Of a stretch of 64,000 nt of DNA, positions 49,938 through 64,000 are shown one piece after another. Below the pieces are notes generated by a model. The model saw only the letters and a list, made by a program, of their open reading frames with translations. It was not told where the DNA came from and searched no databases. The DNA comes from the human T2T-CHM13v2.0 reference genome, Homo sapiens. Position 1 is the stretch's first letter; each line of letters opens with the position of its first letter. The stretch is taken from NCBI RefSeq assembly GCF_009914755.1, contig NC_060935.1. One strand, written 5' to 3'. A program made the translations under genes and the position numbers.

Positions 49938-52726
49938 TTATTACCTAATGAGATTTGGAATAAGAAAACAAGAAGCAAAAACTGTTATAAAAAAAAAAGT
50001 AAGTTGTTTTAGTATATCATTTTTTCTGTCAAAATCCCTTTGCCATCAAAAGATCCATTTGTCAGAAGTCAAATTATACGAATGTGTTAAAAAATGGTTT
50101 ATGTCTGTGGTTCTGCCAACACTCTCTTACCTACATTGGCAGAAGAATGAATCTTTGTCTTTTCTGAGATAGCATGGAATAAAGTAATAGTAATTACAGT
50201 ATTATTATCTCCCTTAGGTCCATTATTTCCCATAATTCGCTGTGGCAGTAAGGCAAATGGTAATGGCTCATGTCTTATCTTTCACATTTTCTCACTTATA
50301 TCTTTACCTCTTACTTGTTTCTCACTAATTTAGCCCACTATAATGGCAAGGATAAGTTGGCATCTTCTTAAAATGTTAACCTTTACATAAGAATCTGTGG
50401 CAATTTTGTTCACAGAATTCTTATAAGAATTAAATGAGATAACATAATGTATGTAAGTCAAAACAAGTTAGTCCCCTTCCCTCCCTCTTACCCTGAAAAC
50501 ACATAAACTAAGAAAATGTGTCCTAAAGCAAGTTGTTATTATAGAATCATTCTGACATAGTGTGCACAATTGGCTCCACTCTGCAGATATTTGATGAGAC
50601 TATTTAATAAGAGGTTAAAGAGAGAAGCAAAATGTGTATCTTTGTTAGAAATAGTTGAATGGATTTAAAAATTTAATAGTGAAATTAAGAGTGACGAAGA
50701 GTGAGGATGAGGTCTGCCTAAGTGGGTTACAGATTGCTGGAAATGTGCTCACTTTCGCTCAGCCAGTTACTTGTGACCAAAAAGGTCATGGTTAGATGTA
50801 AAACTCAAAGTCATGTAACAAAACAAAGTTAACTTCCACATAGAAATCATGCTCAATTTTTTTCTGTACTTGCCCCATCATAAAAATTAATTTGTCACCT
50901 TAATAACTAGTGAACCTAAGGTGTTATAGGGAAGTAATACCTTGATAGCATTATATGATTCTAAGACCCAGAAGAATCCTGAATCAAGAATAGAATACTT
51001 TTCTAAAAATGCATGGGCTTGCATTCTACATAGAGATTCACATTAAAATACATAAACATGGTAACACTAGAGTAACAATAGACCCATTACTATAGACTCA
51101 ATAAGTCAGGAAACTGTCATTTACATAATCCACCAACTTTGCAAATTATTTCCCAACAAATAACAATTACTGTTCTCCTTCATCTCCGGTCTCATCTGAA
51201 TATACTAATGCTTTAATTTCTTGTTCTGCAACTCACTCTACCTACCAACACACTTTAAATTGCCCCATGATTTGCATATTCGTCCAACATGGTTGCAGCC
51301 ATGTATCTGTGGGCATTTTTATATCCTTATTCATAAACCAAATCTGTGTACCCACAGAGCTATTGGGAAACATCTCAATATATCTCATTTACCTATTACT
51401 GATCATGTTCTTACTGCACTGTATCATCACTGAAAGAACTCCTTACCTTCCTCTGGTCCTCAAAGCATATTTTTGTGCAATACTTTTAATCCAAGGTCAT
51501 CCTATTCCACCTTGTGTGAGTACCCTTGAGGAGGCTGGTTTTAGAATCCTGACCCTGAGTTCATTGAAGCTTAGATCTAGTATACTTGCCTGTTTTCAAT
51601 TCTCCTCTGGGGTAGCATCACATAGCTATTACATATTGAACAAGTCTATCTCCTTGTATAAAAGTATGCCCACAAAGGTTTATTTATAGTTAATGTGGCA
51701 GAAGTACCTGGATTAATGCCAAATTTTAGTTTGGAATCTTTGGTTTTTCTCTAATGGTCATACAATATCTACAGACCAATCTTACTCCTGAGAAGGTAAC
51801 AAAGTAGAGGGCAACATTTCAACATTTTCCAGAAATAGGACAATAGATTCCTTTCTGAAAGTGTGTGTTTGGGATATGGGAGAAAGACAGAGATGCAAAA
51901 AGGCAGAATAGACGTTATTTTTCTAGATTATCTTTTTAATGAGCCAAAACAAGGTCCAGTAGCACCTACCTTACCTAGATGATTCAAGAATCATCTTTCT
52001 AATAAAAGAATGAAGATTACAATGGAGATTATTATAAGGGTTGCATGTAAGAATGCAAAATGAAGGGGCAAAAGAGATGACAAGATGGAGGAGAGAAGAA
52101 AAAGAGAGGAAAGAAAGGAGAGGAGAGAAAGAAGGAAAAAGAAAGAGACAGAAAGTAGGAGAGACAAAGATAGAAATAGCCTACTATTAAATTTAGAAAT
52201 GTGGCAGGGTTTGGAGAGAGGGAAAAAGAGATCATAAAAGCCAACTGCACCCGTTATTTTCTTTTTAAAATATTTTCTATTTTACAGAAAGGGACTGGAA
52301 AAATGAGGTAAGCGAATTACCTTCACAAATACTCATTTTATTTAATTAGCTTCATGGATCTGATAGCCCCACACCTTGGTTAGGAATTTTAGTGGTCATA
52401 TTTCTGCAGAGTTAAAGTGATCCCAAACAATTTCTCCAATGTATTACGCACATAAACAAGTTTTTCTTCAAAACCAGGCGTGATGGTCATTTTTTCCTCC
52501 ATTTTCTCTTCAATAAACATAGTTATTATAGAAAATGAAAGGAAAATTCCACTCTTCATTCATGTTTGAGTTCCTCTGACTTGCTAAAATATACTGGCCT
52601 GTAGCATAAGATGTAATTCCATATTTATCTATTTCTTTTTTACTTAAAAAGAAGACATACAAGGTTTAATTATTTAAGATATTAAAAGAATAGTAAGTTT
52701 TTCTATCCAGCATTCTGGAGGGTCTG

Positions 52727-52890
52727 TTTTCCTTCCTTCCTTTCTTTGTTTCTTTCTTTCCTTCTTTCCTTCTTTCTTTCTTTCTGTTTCTTTCTTTACT
52801 TTCCTCCTCCTTTCCTTTCTTCCATCCTTTCTTCCTCCCTCTCTCCCACCCTCCCTTCCTCCCTTTCTTCCCTTCTTTTTCTTTTCTTCT
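52727..52890 (+). repeat. Polypyrimidine (TTCC/TTTC)n low-complexity tract
   Basis: About 160 nt almost purely C/T on +. Confidence 0.92.
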
Positions 52891-53059
52891 GTGCAGGGAA
52901 AAAATTATTTTATCAAGAAGTTTCAACTTTATTAAAAATATGCAACAATCATCATTAAAAGTCTGTTTTTATTTGCTTTGCAATACAACTCTTCACAAAA
53001 AATTAAAAATTACTTTAAAAAATTAAGTAATTTTTAAGCTAAAATTAGGAAGTTATTAG

Positions 53060-53256
53060 GATTTAGGAAAAGAGCACAGTCATTGAATAAACCAATCTTG
53101 AATATGAATTCTGGCTCTATCATTTACTGTGCTATCAGAAAAGTTTGTGCTACCACTCTGAGCCCCAATTATAAAAATGGGTACAGTAATAGTTTTTACC
53201 TTACAGGGTAATTATGAGGATTAAGTGAGAAAATTATTTCTCTCTCTCCTTCTATT

Positions 53257-53295
<39 letters not shown>

Positions 53296-53408
53296 GTCTC
53301 TCTCTCTCTCTGTTGTATTCACTTCAGTATATATAGAGAGAGAAACAGAAAGAGAGAGAGATAGACAGAACTGGCACAGTTAATCACTTGATACATACTG
53401 TTATTAAT
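53060..53408 (+). mobile_element. MIR interrupted by a (CT)n...(GA)n microsatellite (53238-53370)
   Basis: TGAATTCTGGCTCTATCATTTACTG...CCTTACAGGGTAATTATGAGGATTAAGTGAGA [microsatellite] CTGGCACAGTTAATCACTTGATACAT. Confidence 0.75.
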
Positions 53409-54542
53409 AGATTATACACTACTAGTAGAGTACAAAATTTATCTTCCTAATGATTTTATTCAAACAAGCAATAAAATTAAGGTCCTGTGGAGGAGACTTA
53501 GTTCTTTGAAAACAATGGCAGACTAAATAATATGAAGATCAAAACAGGGAAAAAAATTTGCTTACTTTAATGCAATAGTTTTCAAACTGTGTGTTGAATG
53601 AGTGACAAAATGAATTTTTGGAGTCAATCAGCATGACTACTGTACAAGACAGTGATAGCATACAAGAAGAAGGTGCATATAAGTGGTTGTATTCACTTCA
53701 GTCTTACATCCACCAAATCAGTATGGCGGTCAGCTGTCAGCCAAAGACAGGGCAGAAACAGAGCTAATCAAGTTGTGTTAAGTAACCCAGTCATTGCACA
53801 GAAATCTGTACAGTTCTTGTTCCCTGGCAGTACAGCTGGCAACAGCACAGATGTAATTTGAGGGATTTTCTATAGGATGCTTATGAGTTTGACTTCACTG
53901 TTGGCTTCTTGTCACTGCAACCTATACACTGGATAACTCTGTTTATGAGGAACCCAGCTATGTGCTTAGAGGAAGAAGAATCAGATTTTTCACTTGGTTG
54001 GTGGGCATGAAGTCAGCTGAGTTTTCAGTTTGCCAAATGTTTCTGCATATTTTTTCAAATGCTCCAGGTTAATAAAAATACATGATTTGTATTGCCAAGC
54101 ACCTTTCCCCTACACTTTGAGCTCATGTGTTTCCTTGGGAAACTAAATTCTTTCTATTTTACTCATAACTCATCAAACTGTTATCTTGAAACTGACTAAT
54201 CTTTAGAGCCTTTTCAATATCACTACTCTCATTTTTTTTTCCCCATTACCCTCCTTTTATTCAACTTTCCCCCTTGGCAATAAAAAAAGTGCAATTTTCC
54301 AGATTTCAAGTGAAAGAAGTGAATATGATTCAAAATTGCTGAGTTTCAAAATGATATGACCAGATAACTTTTCCATCACCTACTTACACTTTCATATGAC
54401 TTTCTTCTGATACTCTTAATAGATATAATGTAATTAAACAGTAATTACTATCCTTCATTTAAGTGAATTGTCCTATATTTAAGAATATTTAATTTGTGGT
54501 CAACCTCAGCTACTTCCTATACGAATGTATCACCCTATCTCA

Positions 54543-54875
<333 letters not shown>

Positions 54876-55032
54876 ATAATATATTTCAAAACTATTCTGG
54901 TATTAGAAACTTAACTACTCTTACCTGTACTACCATTTAAAAACCAAGAGTCCAAATTGTGGGGCATAGGGTGGTAGAGTAAGTAGAAGATATACAATGA
55001 AAATACTTGGAATATACTGTGAGGCATGGTGA

Positions 55033-55411
<379 letters not shown>

Positions 55412-56770
55412 GCCCCTTCTTTATTTTTAAAATATATAAACCTCCAATTGGTTGCCTGCCATGTATAAGCAGACATACATCTCCACAACAGAGCCATGAA
55501 GATCATCACATCCTTCCTCTTTCAGACAGGATACCCAGTTACTTTCTTTCTACAGCTAGGGATATCAGTAAGTCCTCCTTTCCTCCCAAATTCCATCTCA
55601 ATAGGTTTTTTGATTTCCACTGCTAGAATGCACTGTGAACTGGTAGAATGGAGGTAGAAAAAGTCAAATCGCACTACCAAAAATTCATCAGAATAATGCT
55701 ATGAAAGTTAGATTTCAAAATGAGAGTTCAAAATCACTTGACAGACAGTTGCTAAATACTATAGCACTATCAATAATATTATTCAGCCACATTATATAGT
55801 AAATGGGTTTCAGTAGGTTGCCCAAGGAACCAAATCACCATCTACAACCTGGTTTCTATGAGACTATCTATTCCAGACAGCTAACTTATAACTTTCAGAA
55901 CCTTACTTATTAGTAAGTTGGAAACTGCCTACAAATAGACCCCTGCGCAAACTTCAGAGAAATCTTTTTGTGATGTAAAAAAATACTAAAAATCCAGGTA
56001 ACTGACTATCAGCTGTTAAGTAAGTCATATGCTTTAAAAAAGGAGAAGCACAATTTTTTAAAGTAGCAAGAATTCAACATAAAAGTTATAAATTACTCCA
56101 TCACTTACCATATATGAAGTCTGAGATTTTCAAATACAGAACTTGGAAGCATGCATTAACAAATGATTATTAGTGGCTATTGCACATTGTTGATACGTTA
56201 ACAACAAAGAGTGAAAACCATATTGCCAATAATATGTATTATGGATAATGGGGAAAATATAGACAGCTTCTAAATCTGTTACCATTTTCTTCTGAATATA
56301 AGTGATTTGGATGCTGCCTTTAAAAACTACACAGATCAAACTTTCTAACCTGGGCACTAGAAAAGTTAATACAACTACAAGTCGGTCCATTCTCATGCAA
56401 ATTCCAGAGAAATAACTCAATGCACATTTAACCATCTGCACAACTCAATGCTTTCTTTTCATATATGACAAAAACTATGTGGATCCATAAAAATGTCACC
56501 TGAGCAGAGTTTTGAACATCTATCATAAGAACTTATCATAAAGTCGCCAAATATACTATATTGATATGATGCTTAAATGATCTAATAAATGCCCATTTCA
56601 ATTGGCTAAGAAAACCCAGATTGCTATAGAAAGGCATAAATGTTCACCAATAAAGCTAGGATCCAAAGCAAAGATGCATGGAAATAAATTATGAGAATGT
56701 TTGTAGAAAAGAACACATGGACTTTTCAGTAAAAATTAGAACAAAATTTACTTGTTTAATGATTTGAGGG

Positions 56771-57131
<361 letters not shown>

Positions 57132-57576
57132 TTAATATACGGGATCAAGACTCATGAAGTCAGAGGGTTGTCTGTAACTAACTGCACCCTGACATTCTCA
57201 TTCGTCTAATGAGCCTGAAGTCCCACAGCAACTGAAGATTGGATGTCTGCTAAGGACTTCCAAAAGCCTTCCCCCAGAGCACATGCTAGTAAACACCACA
57301 TAGTATTATCCAGCCACATTATGGAGTAATGTGTACATGTTACTTACTCATTCTTCAGCCACTCCCTTTGCCGTTAGTAATATCTTTCTTTACCAGCATG
57401 CTGTCCTTCAGCCATATAAGTTGTGCATTAAAATAAGAGCCCTACTAACCATCCTGTCAGTGCAGCTGGGGATGGAAGGCCTATTCATTCAGCTGCACCT
57501 GCTGAAGCAGTCCATCATTCTGGGTATTGTGCATCCTAATCAACTGTGAAGTAGTCCATTAAAGAAGCATGTTTAA

Positions 57577-57800
57577 GGTCAGGTGCGCTGGCTGATGCCT
57601 CCCAACACTTTGGGAGGCCGAGGAGAAAGGATTGCTTGAGCCCAGGAGTTCGGACCAGACCTGGCAACATAGTGAAACCCCACCTCAAAAAAAAATTTTT
57701 TTAATTAGCCAGACATGGTGGTATGCACCTGGAGTCTCAGCTACTCAAGCCATGGTCATGCCACTGCACTCCAGTTTGGGTGACAGAGCAAGACCCTATC

Positions 57801-57831
<31 letters not shown>

Positions 57832-57840
57832 AAAATAAAA
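57577..57840 (+). mobile_element. AluJ with internal deletions and a (TAAA)n tail
   Basis: GATTGCTTGAGCCCAGGAGTTCG. The right arm jumps from CAGCTACTCA to AGCCATG. TSD AAGCA(T/C)GTTTAA. Confidence 0.9.
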
Positions 57841-60800
57841 TTTTAAAAAGCACGTTTAAGTGATATGGCCTTGTTTGTGATGAGGCAAAGTATGTGTGTG
57901 TTGAGTACAGCTGGATAAAGTTGTAGTGGGATATATCTGCATAAATACATATTGCTGCATGGAACTAAATTTATCATTTTCCTCTTGAAGTATGTCACAG
58001 AACAAAAAGCTACAGTTAACATGTGGTATTTTATCAAATAAATCCATGTCTGTGTGAAGGGACTTAATAGGACAACAGGGCAGCCTCTCACATATGAGTT
58101 GGGCTTAGGGGAGGCAGCCTTTGTTCTTTCTTTGCACCCACAGCAAGAAATTAGAAAATAAACATATTTGGAAAAATTATTTTAGGTTTTCCAAGGAAAG
58201 GGGAGTTAAGAAAGCTTGAGGATTCATGTTCAAAAAAACTAACAGTAAGTCTTCATATTAAACTATATGAATTTATTCACAAAGACTATGCAAGAATGAG
58301 AAGAATATTCTTATCAGGAAAGTTAAGTTCAAATGAAATGTTTTTTAAGCTTGATTTTGAGGAAGCCTCCACTGTTTGAAGTTTTCTTCAGTAGTTCTAA
58401 AACAAAAAAATCTGTAGTGCTTTAAGTGAAATAAAGGTAAATGGCATTTCATTTCAATGTGCTGCTATGGCCTGTATGAGTTGAACTGTAAAAATGAGAT
58501 TTCCTGGGACTTTGCTTTCCCTTAGAAAAGAAAAGAGGAAAAAAATTTTACATAGTCATGAGGCACAGGGCAAAAAAATGGACATATAAATAACTGTTAG
58601 CTCAGTGTAAAGGATCCCTGAAGAAAGGGAAGAAGCCCAGGAGATGTGCACATCAAATAAAAATGGAGAATATGGCTATATTTCAACTCAAACCAATATT
58701 CCCTTTTTAGGAATCATCCCCTCTGGCTCACTGCTGACAATCCATAGATAACGAATGAGGGAGATGAGTTCATGAGTAAGATGAACAGGGATGCTCCACA
58801 GCAGGTAAATAAATTTGTTTCCACTGAGATAATTATTCTTACGTGTGTCACTGCTCTCATGGCATAAACAGGACAGGTGATGACATCCTATAAAACGCAA
58901 TTTTTATTCCCATACTCCTGATATCAAGGTGTATAATCATTCAGCTCTCACGACTTTTTTTTCCTCTGAAGCTATGAGTGGGTTTTTGTTACTATTGTTC
59001 TTGGCTATTTTTGCCTTTTTCTAAAATACCATCAACAACTGTACAATACTGTTAAGAAACTAGGGGGAAAATGGGACTGTTATTATTTTAGGCTACCTAG
59101 TCCCATATAAAGGCTATATATGTTATTATGTGAGACAGGTGAATATCACTATCTTACTTGGATTTTTTTAAGGTTAACATCTGCATCTTATAACCCCTGT
59201 GTAGTACCCATATCCTCAAATCTATGCCCTCTTCCAAAACTCACCTCCTTTCAGTTCTAACCTAGGCAGGAAACAAGGAATCACAAACCTTTGTACCAAC
59301 AAATAATTTTTCCTACTATAATTCATTAGTACGTTATTCCAAAAGCATATGAATACTTACAAGATGGTTAATCCTCATTAAAAACTAAGATTACATGACA
59401 TAATTACATGTAAATAAGAAAAATGAATTAAACTCTTACCCTTTCCTATGTCGGGCACTAGTTGTGAATCATATATACAATTAGAGTTATATTGCTAAGC
59501 TAAAAATATTGGTAAAGATCTAAAAATGACAAACAGTGCCTTTTAAATTAATGTCTTATTAGTTGAGTGAAGTACACTGACAAAGAATAATTTATGCTTA
59601 TTCAAACTGCACTCGACATCTTCAGGTGTTTCCAAATGAGCTCACAGAAGAGTGATTAAATGCATCTGATAACAAGCCACACATTGCTGAAATTACTTAC
59701 CGCCTCATTTTATGATTAATTAAACATGTAGATTAAAGTTGCAAAAGAATTTAGATTAATGAGCAAGTTAAGTCTTGCTGATATAAGTGAATTGGGAATT
59801 GGATGCTCTGTGGAACTTTATAAACATGCATTTTATAATGAATAAGACAAGGCTACATGCAGAATCGTGGCCACTAGGGCCTTTTGATGATGCAGTCTTT
59901 TTTAACATGGTTTGACAGCTTTCAAATAACATTCTTCTATAGGTTTTAAACTTTGTGCTTTGCTGTAAAACACAAGACTACATAACTCACGTACCAGGAG
60001 TACAATTATTTTTTAGCTCTCCAAGGTAATGACCCCTGTAGCAGCAGCTGTTCAGAAAAAAATTACAAGCTCAATTGTTATTTTAATCAGAGATAGTTAG
60101 CAGTTAAAAGCAGTTATGCAACTTGTAAAATTATATGACACCTCATCAGTAGCTTCTCTTGAACACTCCTTCTTCCAAAATAAAGCCATCCCAAAAAAGT
60201 CATAACTTTCCAGAAGACTTATTAGCAAAGCAGGGTGCTCAGTCATTCATAAAATATTCAAGCCATATTTATTATTGTGGTTTCTGTACTAGGAAAGGTA
60301 ATGTTTAAGTTTATGATGACTCTTGCAAGCTCTAAGAGTGTGTCAAAATATCTGCTAGGGTTTGCTGAGTACCCGATTTTTCTCTTTTAAGATCAGCTTT
60401 ACCTAATCCAAGCAGCTTAGATAGACTGTGTCAAAAGGCGAGTTGGACTTTATGACTTTTCCAGGGCAAGAGAAATTTACATTGCTAACAGAAATGTAGT
60501 GCATTCTCCTTTGCAAGGAAAACAGAAGTGGAAAGAAATTGAGCCAAAGTAACCAAACTAGTTTATGGTTGAAGATCTATTCCATTATAGCACAATGCCA
60601 TTTATTACTACCATAGCATAAGGAAGACACACCTACAAATTATTTTAATTGATCCAATCTGCTATTTAAAACATACTTCTAATTCCTTTCTACTTATTTA
60701 TAGACCTTATGCATGATTTCTTGGCAGACTGAGATTTTTATAGTGCTAAACTTTTTTCCCTTTAATTCTGATCTCTTAGACTCTAAAGACTTAGCAAGAA

Positions 60801-63339
60801 AACTTAGAAATTTTTACTTACGGGTCAAAAGGAGATGCTTCATGACACAGGTGGCAAATTACCTTCATTAACCCCACATATTTATCATGTGGACATAATT
60901 TCCCACTTGAAGATTTATGTTAATAAAAATATAATACTTAAATATAAGTCTCTGACTACTGAAATTTATTAAAAATTTAAATCAGCTTTATAAAGAGCCA
61001 AAACAAAATAGTCTCAATTTGATTTCTTTACTTCCTTTCAGTTTTATTGTCTGTGTCTTTCACCACATAATGTAAACCACAGTTTATCACCACAAAAAAT
61101 TTTTTTAAATATTTTAAAAGTATAAACCTAACCCCTTGTAGTTCGACTTGAATAATTAGGATTTGTAAGTAGAAATATGAATTTGAATACTTCAAGGACT
61201 TTTACTTTATATAAATACTTTTTCTTTATATAAAATTACTTTTTCTTTATATAATAGTTTAAATTCTTCATTTCTACTCTTCAACGCAGAAAATCTGACA
61301 GCAAAGTGGTCATATCAACCCGAAAGGGGCTGGGCTAGAGAAAGCTTGAAAATAACTCCTTTGCAATTGTAAAATGTTTTTGGTATGTATCAGAAGGACA
61401 CAGATTATTCAGACAGCTCAACAAATCAAATTTTAAGGAGCAGGATCTTTCCACTCCAGCCATTGCCACATTATTTTTAGGCACCCCCAAATTATGAGGT
61501 GTGTCCTGGAGCTATTAATAATTTAATAGGAATTGTGTCATTCCATTGGCATTTTAATACAAGAAGATACATTTATTTCCCCCATGAAAGTAATTTTTAT
61601 AAAATAACTTTAAGTCCTAAGTACTGAATATACTTAACTATTATATGTATTTATTACTATTAACATGTGTTATTTTTTCTAATAAATTCTTTATATAGTT
61701 TACCTGCATAGAGTACATAAATTACTGGTTGCTTAAAGAAAAAAGTTACATGTTTGCCTGAAATGTCAAAATAGGTACTTCACCTGAACTTTTTAATGAA
61801 TGGGCAACTAAAAATACCCCAAATCAGCCATAATGTGATATAAAAATTCTTAAACCTTATTTTCACTAAATCAAGATGTCGATTTATTGTAACACAAATT
61901 TTATTTCATAACACATAGTCCAGGGGGCTATGAACCTTGTATGTCTTAGAGGAGATTAACATTTTTTTATTTCATCTATAGGTTTAAAATATATACATTA
62001 AAATTCTCACTAGAGACTAAACTGAGATAACTAAACTCATTTTAGTGATGGGTTTAGTCCGTTTTAGTGATTGGGCCAAGGTTTGTCAAGGTGAACTACA
62101 AATGCATTAATATCCACAGTGCTGCCAAATGCTGAATTATTAACACTGTCAGCTCCTCGGTTTCAGTTCATTCTCTATAGAGGAGTCTTGTGAGATTCAT
62201 CAGAACTTAGTCTTGCAACATGTTTACCAGCATCCTGGAGGTAACATGTCTTCAGCTGAAAATAAGATGACTCTCAACCAAGGAAACCACTATTGAGGCC
62301 AGACTGAGGTTTATAAATGCAAAGAACCAGTCTGTAGTGAAAGGAGCAGATGAAGTCAGGTGACACCTCATGCCAGATCCTTGCCAAGTCACTCGAGATA
62401 CCAGGCAGATGACTTAAGGTGGCTGTTCATTTGCCAGGATCAACAGCATTATGTACAAAATCTATTAGTTATGTATGTCAATGCAGTATCTGAGGACCAA
62501 AAAGGGTGCTGAAAAATGGCTCCAAAATGACAATGGTTTATCGATGTATTCTATTGACTGGGCAAATTCCTTAGTTCTCTTAACCAAACATAGTTATTTA
62601 ACCGAAGGAGTCCTGAATTTTTCCTCCAGTGAAGAAATAAAAGATTTCCTTGTTTCTATGCTAGAACCACCTTCAAAGTTCCCATATATCCAAATTAGTT
62701 TTGTGGGTAAGTGCACATTAAAAGTAGTCTTTTATAAACTGGGAATTTAGAGTATAATTATTTTTGAAAATCAAAGGTTTTTAAACTTTACTCATACCTT
62801 ATATTCTATCTTGATGGGAAAGTGAAATAAAAACTGATTTTTATGCACAGAATGAATAAATGAATACAAAAGGGTTCAAGACTTGTGAAAACTAGGATTT
62901 CTGATACTCTGTTTTTCAATCTTTCATTCAATAGATATGCTGCCTATAAATAGAAGCATTCCTGAAAAATATTGAATTGTGGTAGTAAAATAGTTTAATT
63001 TGTGCATAAAACTTAATAATCCTAATATGTTTAAACACAAGTTAAACCTAGAACATGTGAAAAACTTAGGTGTATAAATGATGTAGGCCTCCTTAGTACT
63101 GGATCATAAAAATGCAATGCAATCCTAATTTGCCATGGAAATAGGAAATAAATGTGAACATCAGTTACACTCATGTATATTATACTTAGGCTCTTACACA
63201 AAGTGATAAGGAATCACAAAGTCCTTCTTGAAGCATTTTTCCTTTCCTCATCAGAAGATAGAGAATGTCTAAAACAAAAGAAACTAATAGTTAATGGGCC
63301 CACTATTACCAAATATATAATAAATTTTCTCTATCCATC

Positions 63340-63480
63340 ATATAATCTTCTCAACAACCATACCCATTTAACAGATGAAGGAATTGTGACTCAGGCCACG
63401 TAATTTGATCAGAGTTGCATCAAGTGAAGCCCTAGTGTATTCAACTCCAAGGTCCATTTGTTCTTGCTGCTATACTATGC
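63340..63480 (-). mobile_element. MIR fragment
   Basis: TAATCTTCTCAACAACC...CCCATTTAACAGATGAAGGAATTGTGACTCAG...AACTCCAAGGTCCAT. Confidence 0.75.
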
Positions 63481-63794
63481 TTACTTAAAGCCTACACCAT
63501 GTTTGCATTTATGCTATTTTCTATTATTTAGAATTCTTTTTTGCTTCTTAGTTTATCCATCCCCACCGCTTTCTTCCAAGGTCCACCTACTCCAAAAAGT
63601 ATGTTGAGTTTTAGCAGTTTGTTTAAAAGCCCTTACAGCAATGGTTGAAGTTATACTGACTCACACAATTGCATTTTGTAATGTTACCAATGTTATCATG
63701 TATATTACAGCATTGTGCTGAAGGTATCACAAAATTGTTTCATTGACACATCACAATATATCTCTTCCACTATACTCTCACCTTCACAGGAACT

Positions 63795-63830
63795 TGATGG
63801 TGATGATAATGATGATGACGATGATGATAA
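63795..63830 (+). repeat. (GAT)n imperfect trinucleotide repeat
   Basis: TGATGGTGATGATAATGATGATGACGATGATGATAAT. Confidence 0.85.
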
Positions 63831-64000
63831 TATATATCATATAATGATGTTATATATACTACACACCTCAACCAACCACCTTTTGCTCTCATGTTGCTCT
63901 CTGGTGCCCCAAAACCTTACTTTCCTCTCTGCTTTCATTTACTCAAATGTTCTTAGATTTCCAAACCACCTCTCTTTCCTTCCCAATCAAAAATTCTATT

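Noticed and set aside
59866-59882. CTCF-like motif TGGCCACTAGGGCC (also CCGCCAGGTGAC near 11204)
   Set aside because: Both mismatch the highly conserved GGC of the CTCF core.

Overview
AT-rich, CpG-depleted primate genomic DNA, almost certainly human because it carries a near-consensus AluYa5. I see no CpG island, no intact protein-coding gene, no RNA gene and no CRISPR array. The long ORFs in the supplied track come from L1 ORF2 remnants, Alu, L2, LTR or low-complexity sequence. The window looks like intronic sequence of a large gene transcribed on the minus strand. That is an inference from the visibly A-rich + strand, the mostly + orientation of L1 remnants, and several minus-strand exon-like units (3311-3374, 9039-9453, 44235-44314, 44709-44771). 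I cannot name the host gene. The repeats are about 13 Alu/FLAM elements, several L1s, many L2 and MIR fragments, MaLR LTRs and MER5A. The clearest structure is a nested transposon stack at about 31.1-35.9 kb: a MIR is split by an L2, the L2 by an old L1PA, and that L1 by an AluY, an AluYa5 and an antiparallel younger L1, with readable target-site duplications (TSDs). Other points of interest are a 17-bp apparently templated insertion, two perfect AGGTCAAGGTCA (DR0) sites, five repeat-free motif-dense enhancer-like blocks and a 72-nt hairpin. I found no convincing evidence of a new biological system. Boundaries of ancient repeats and all subfamily calls were made by eye and are approximate.
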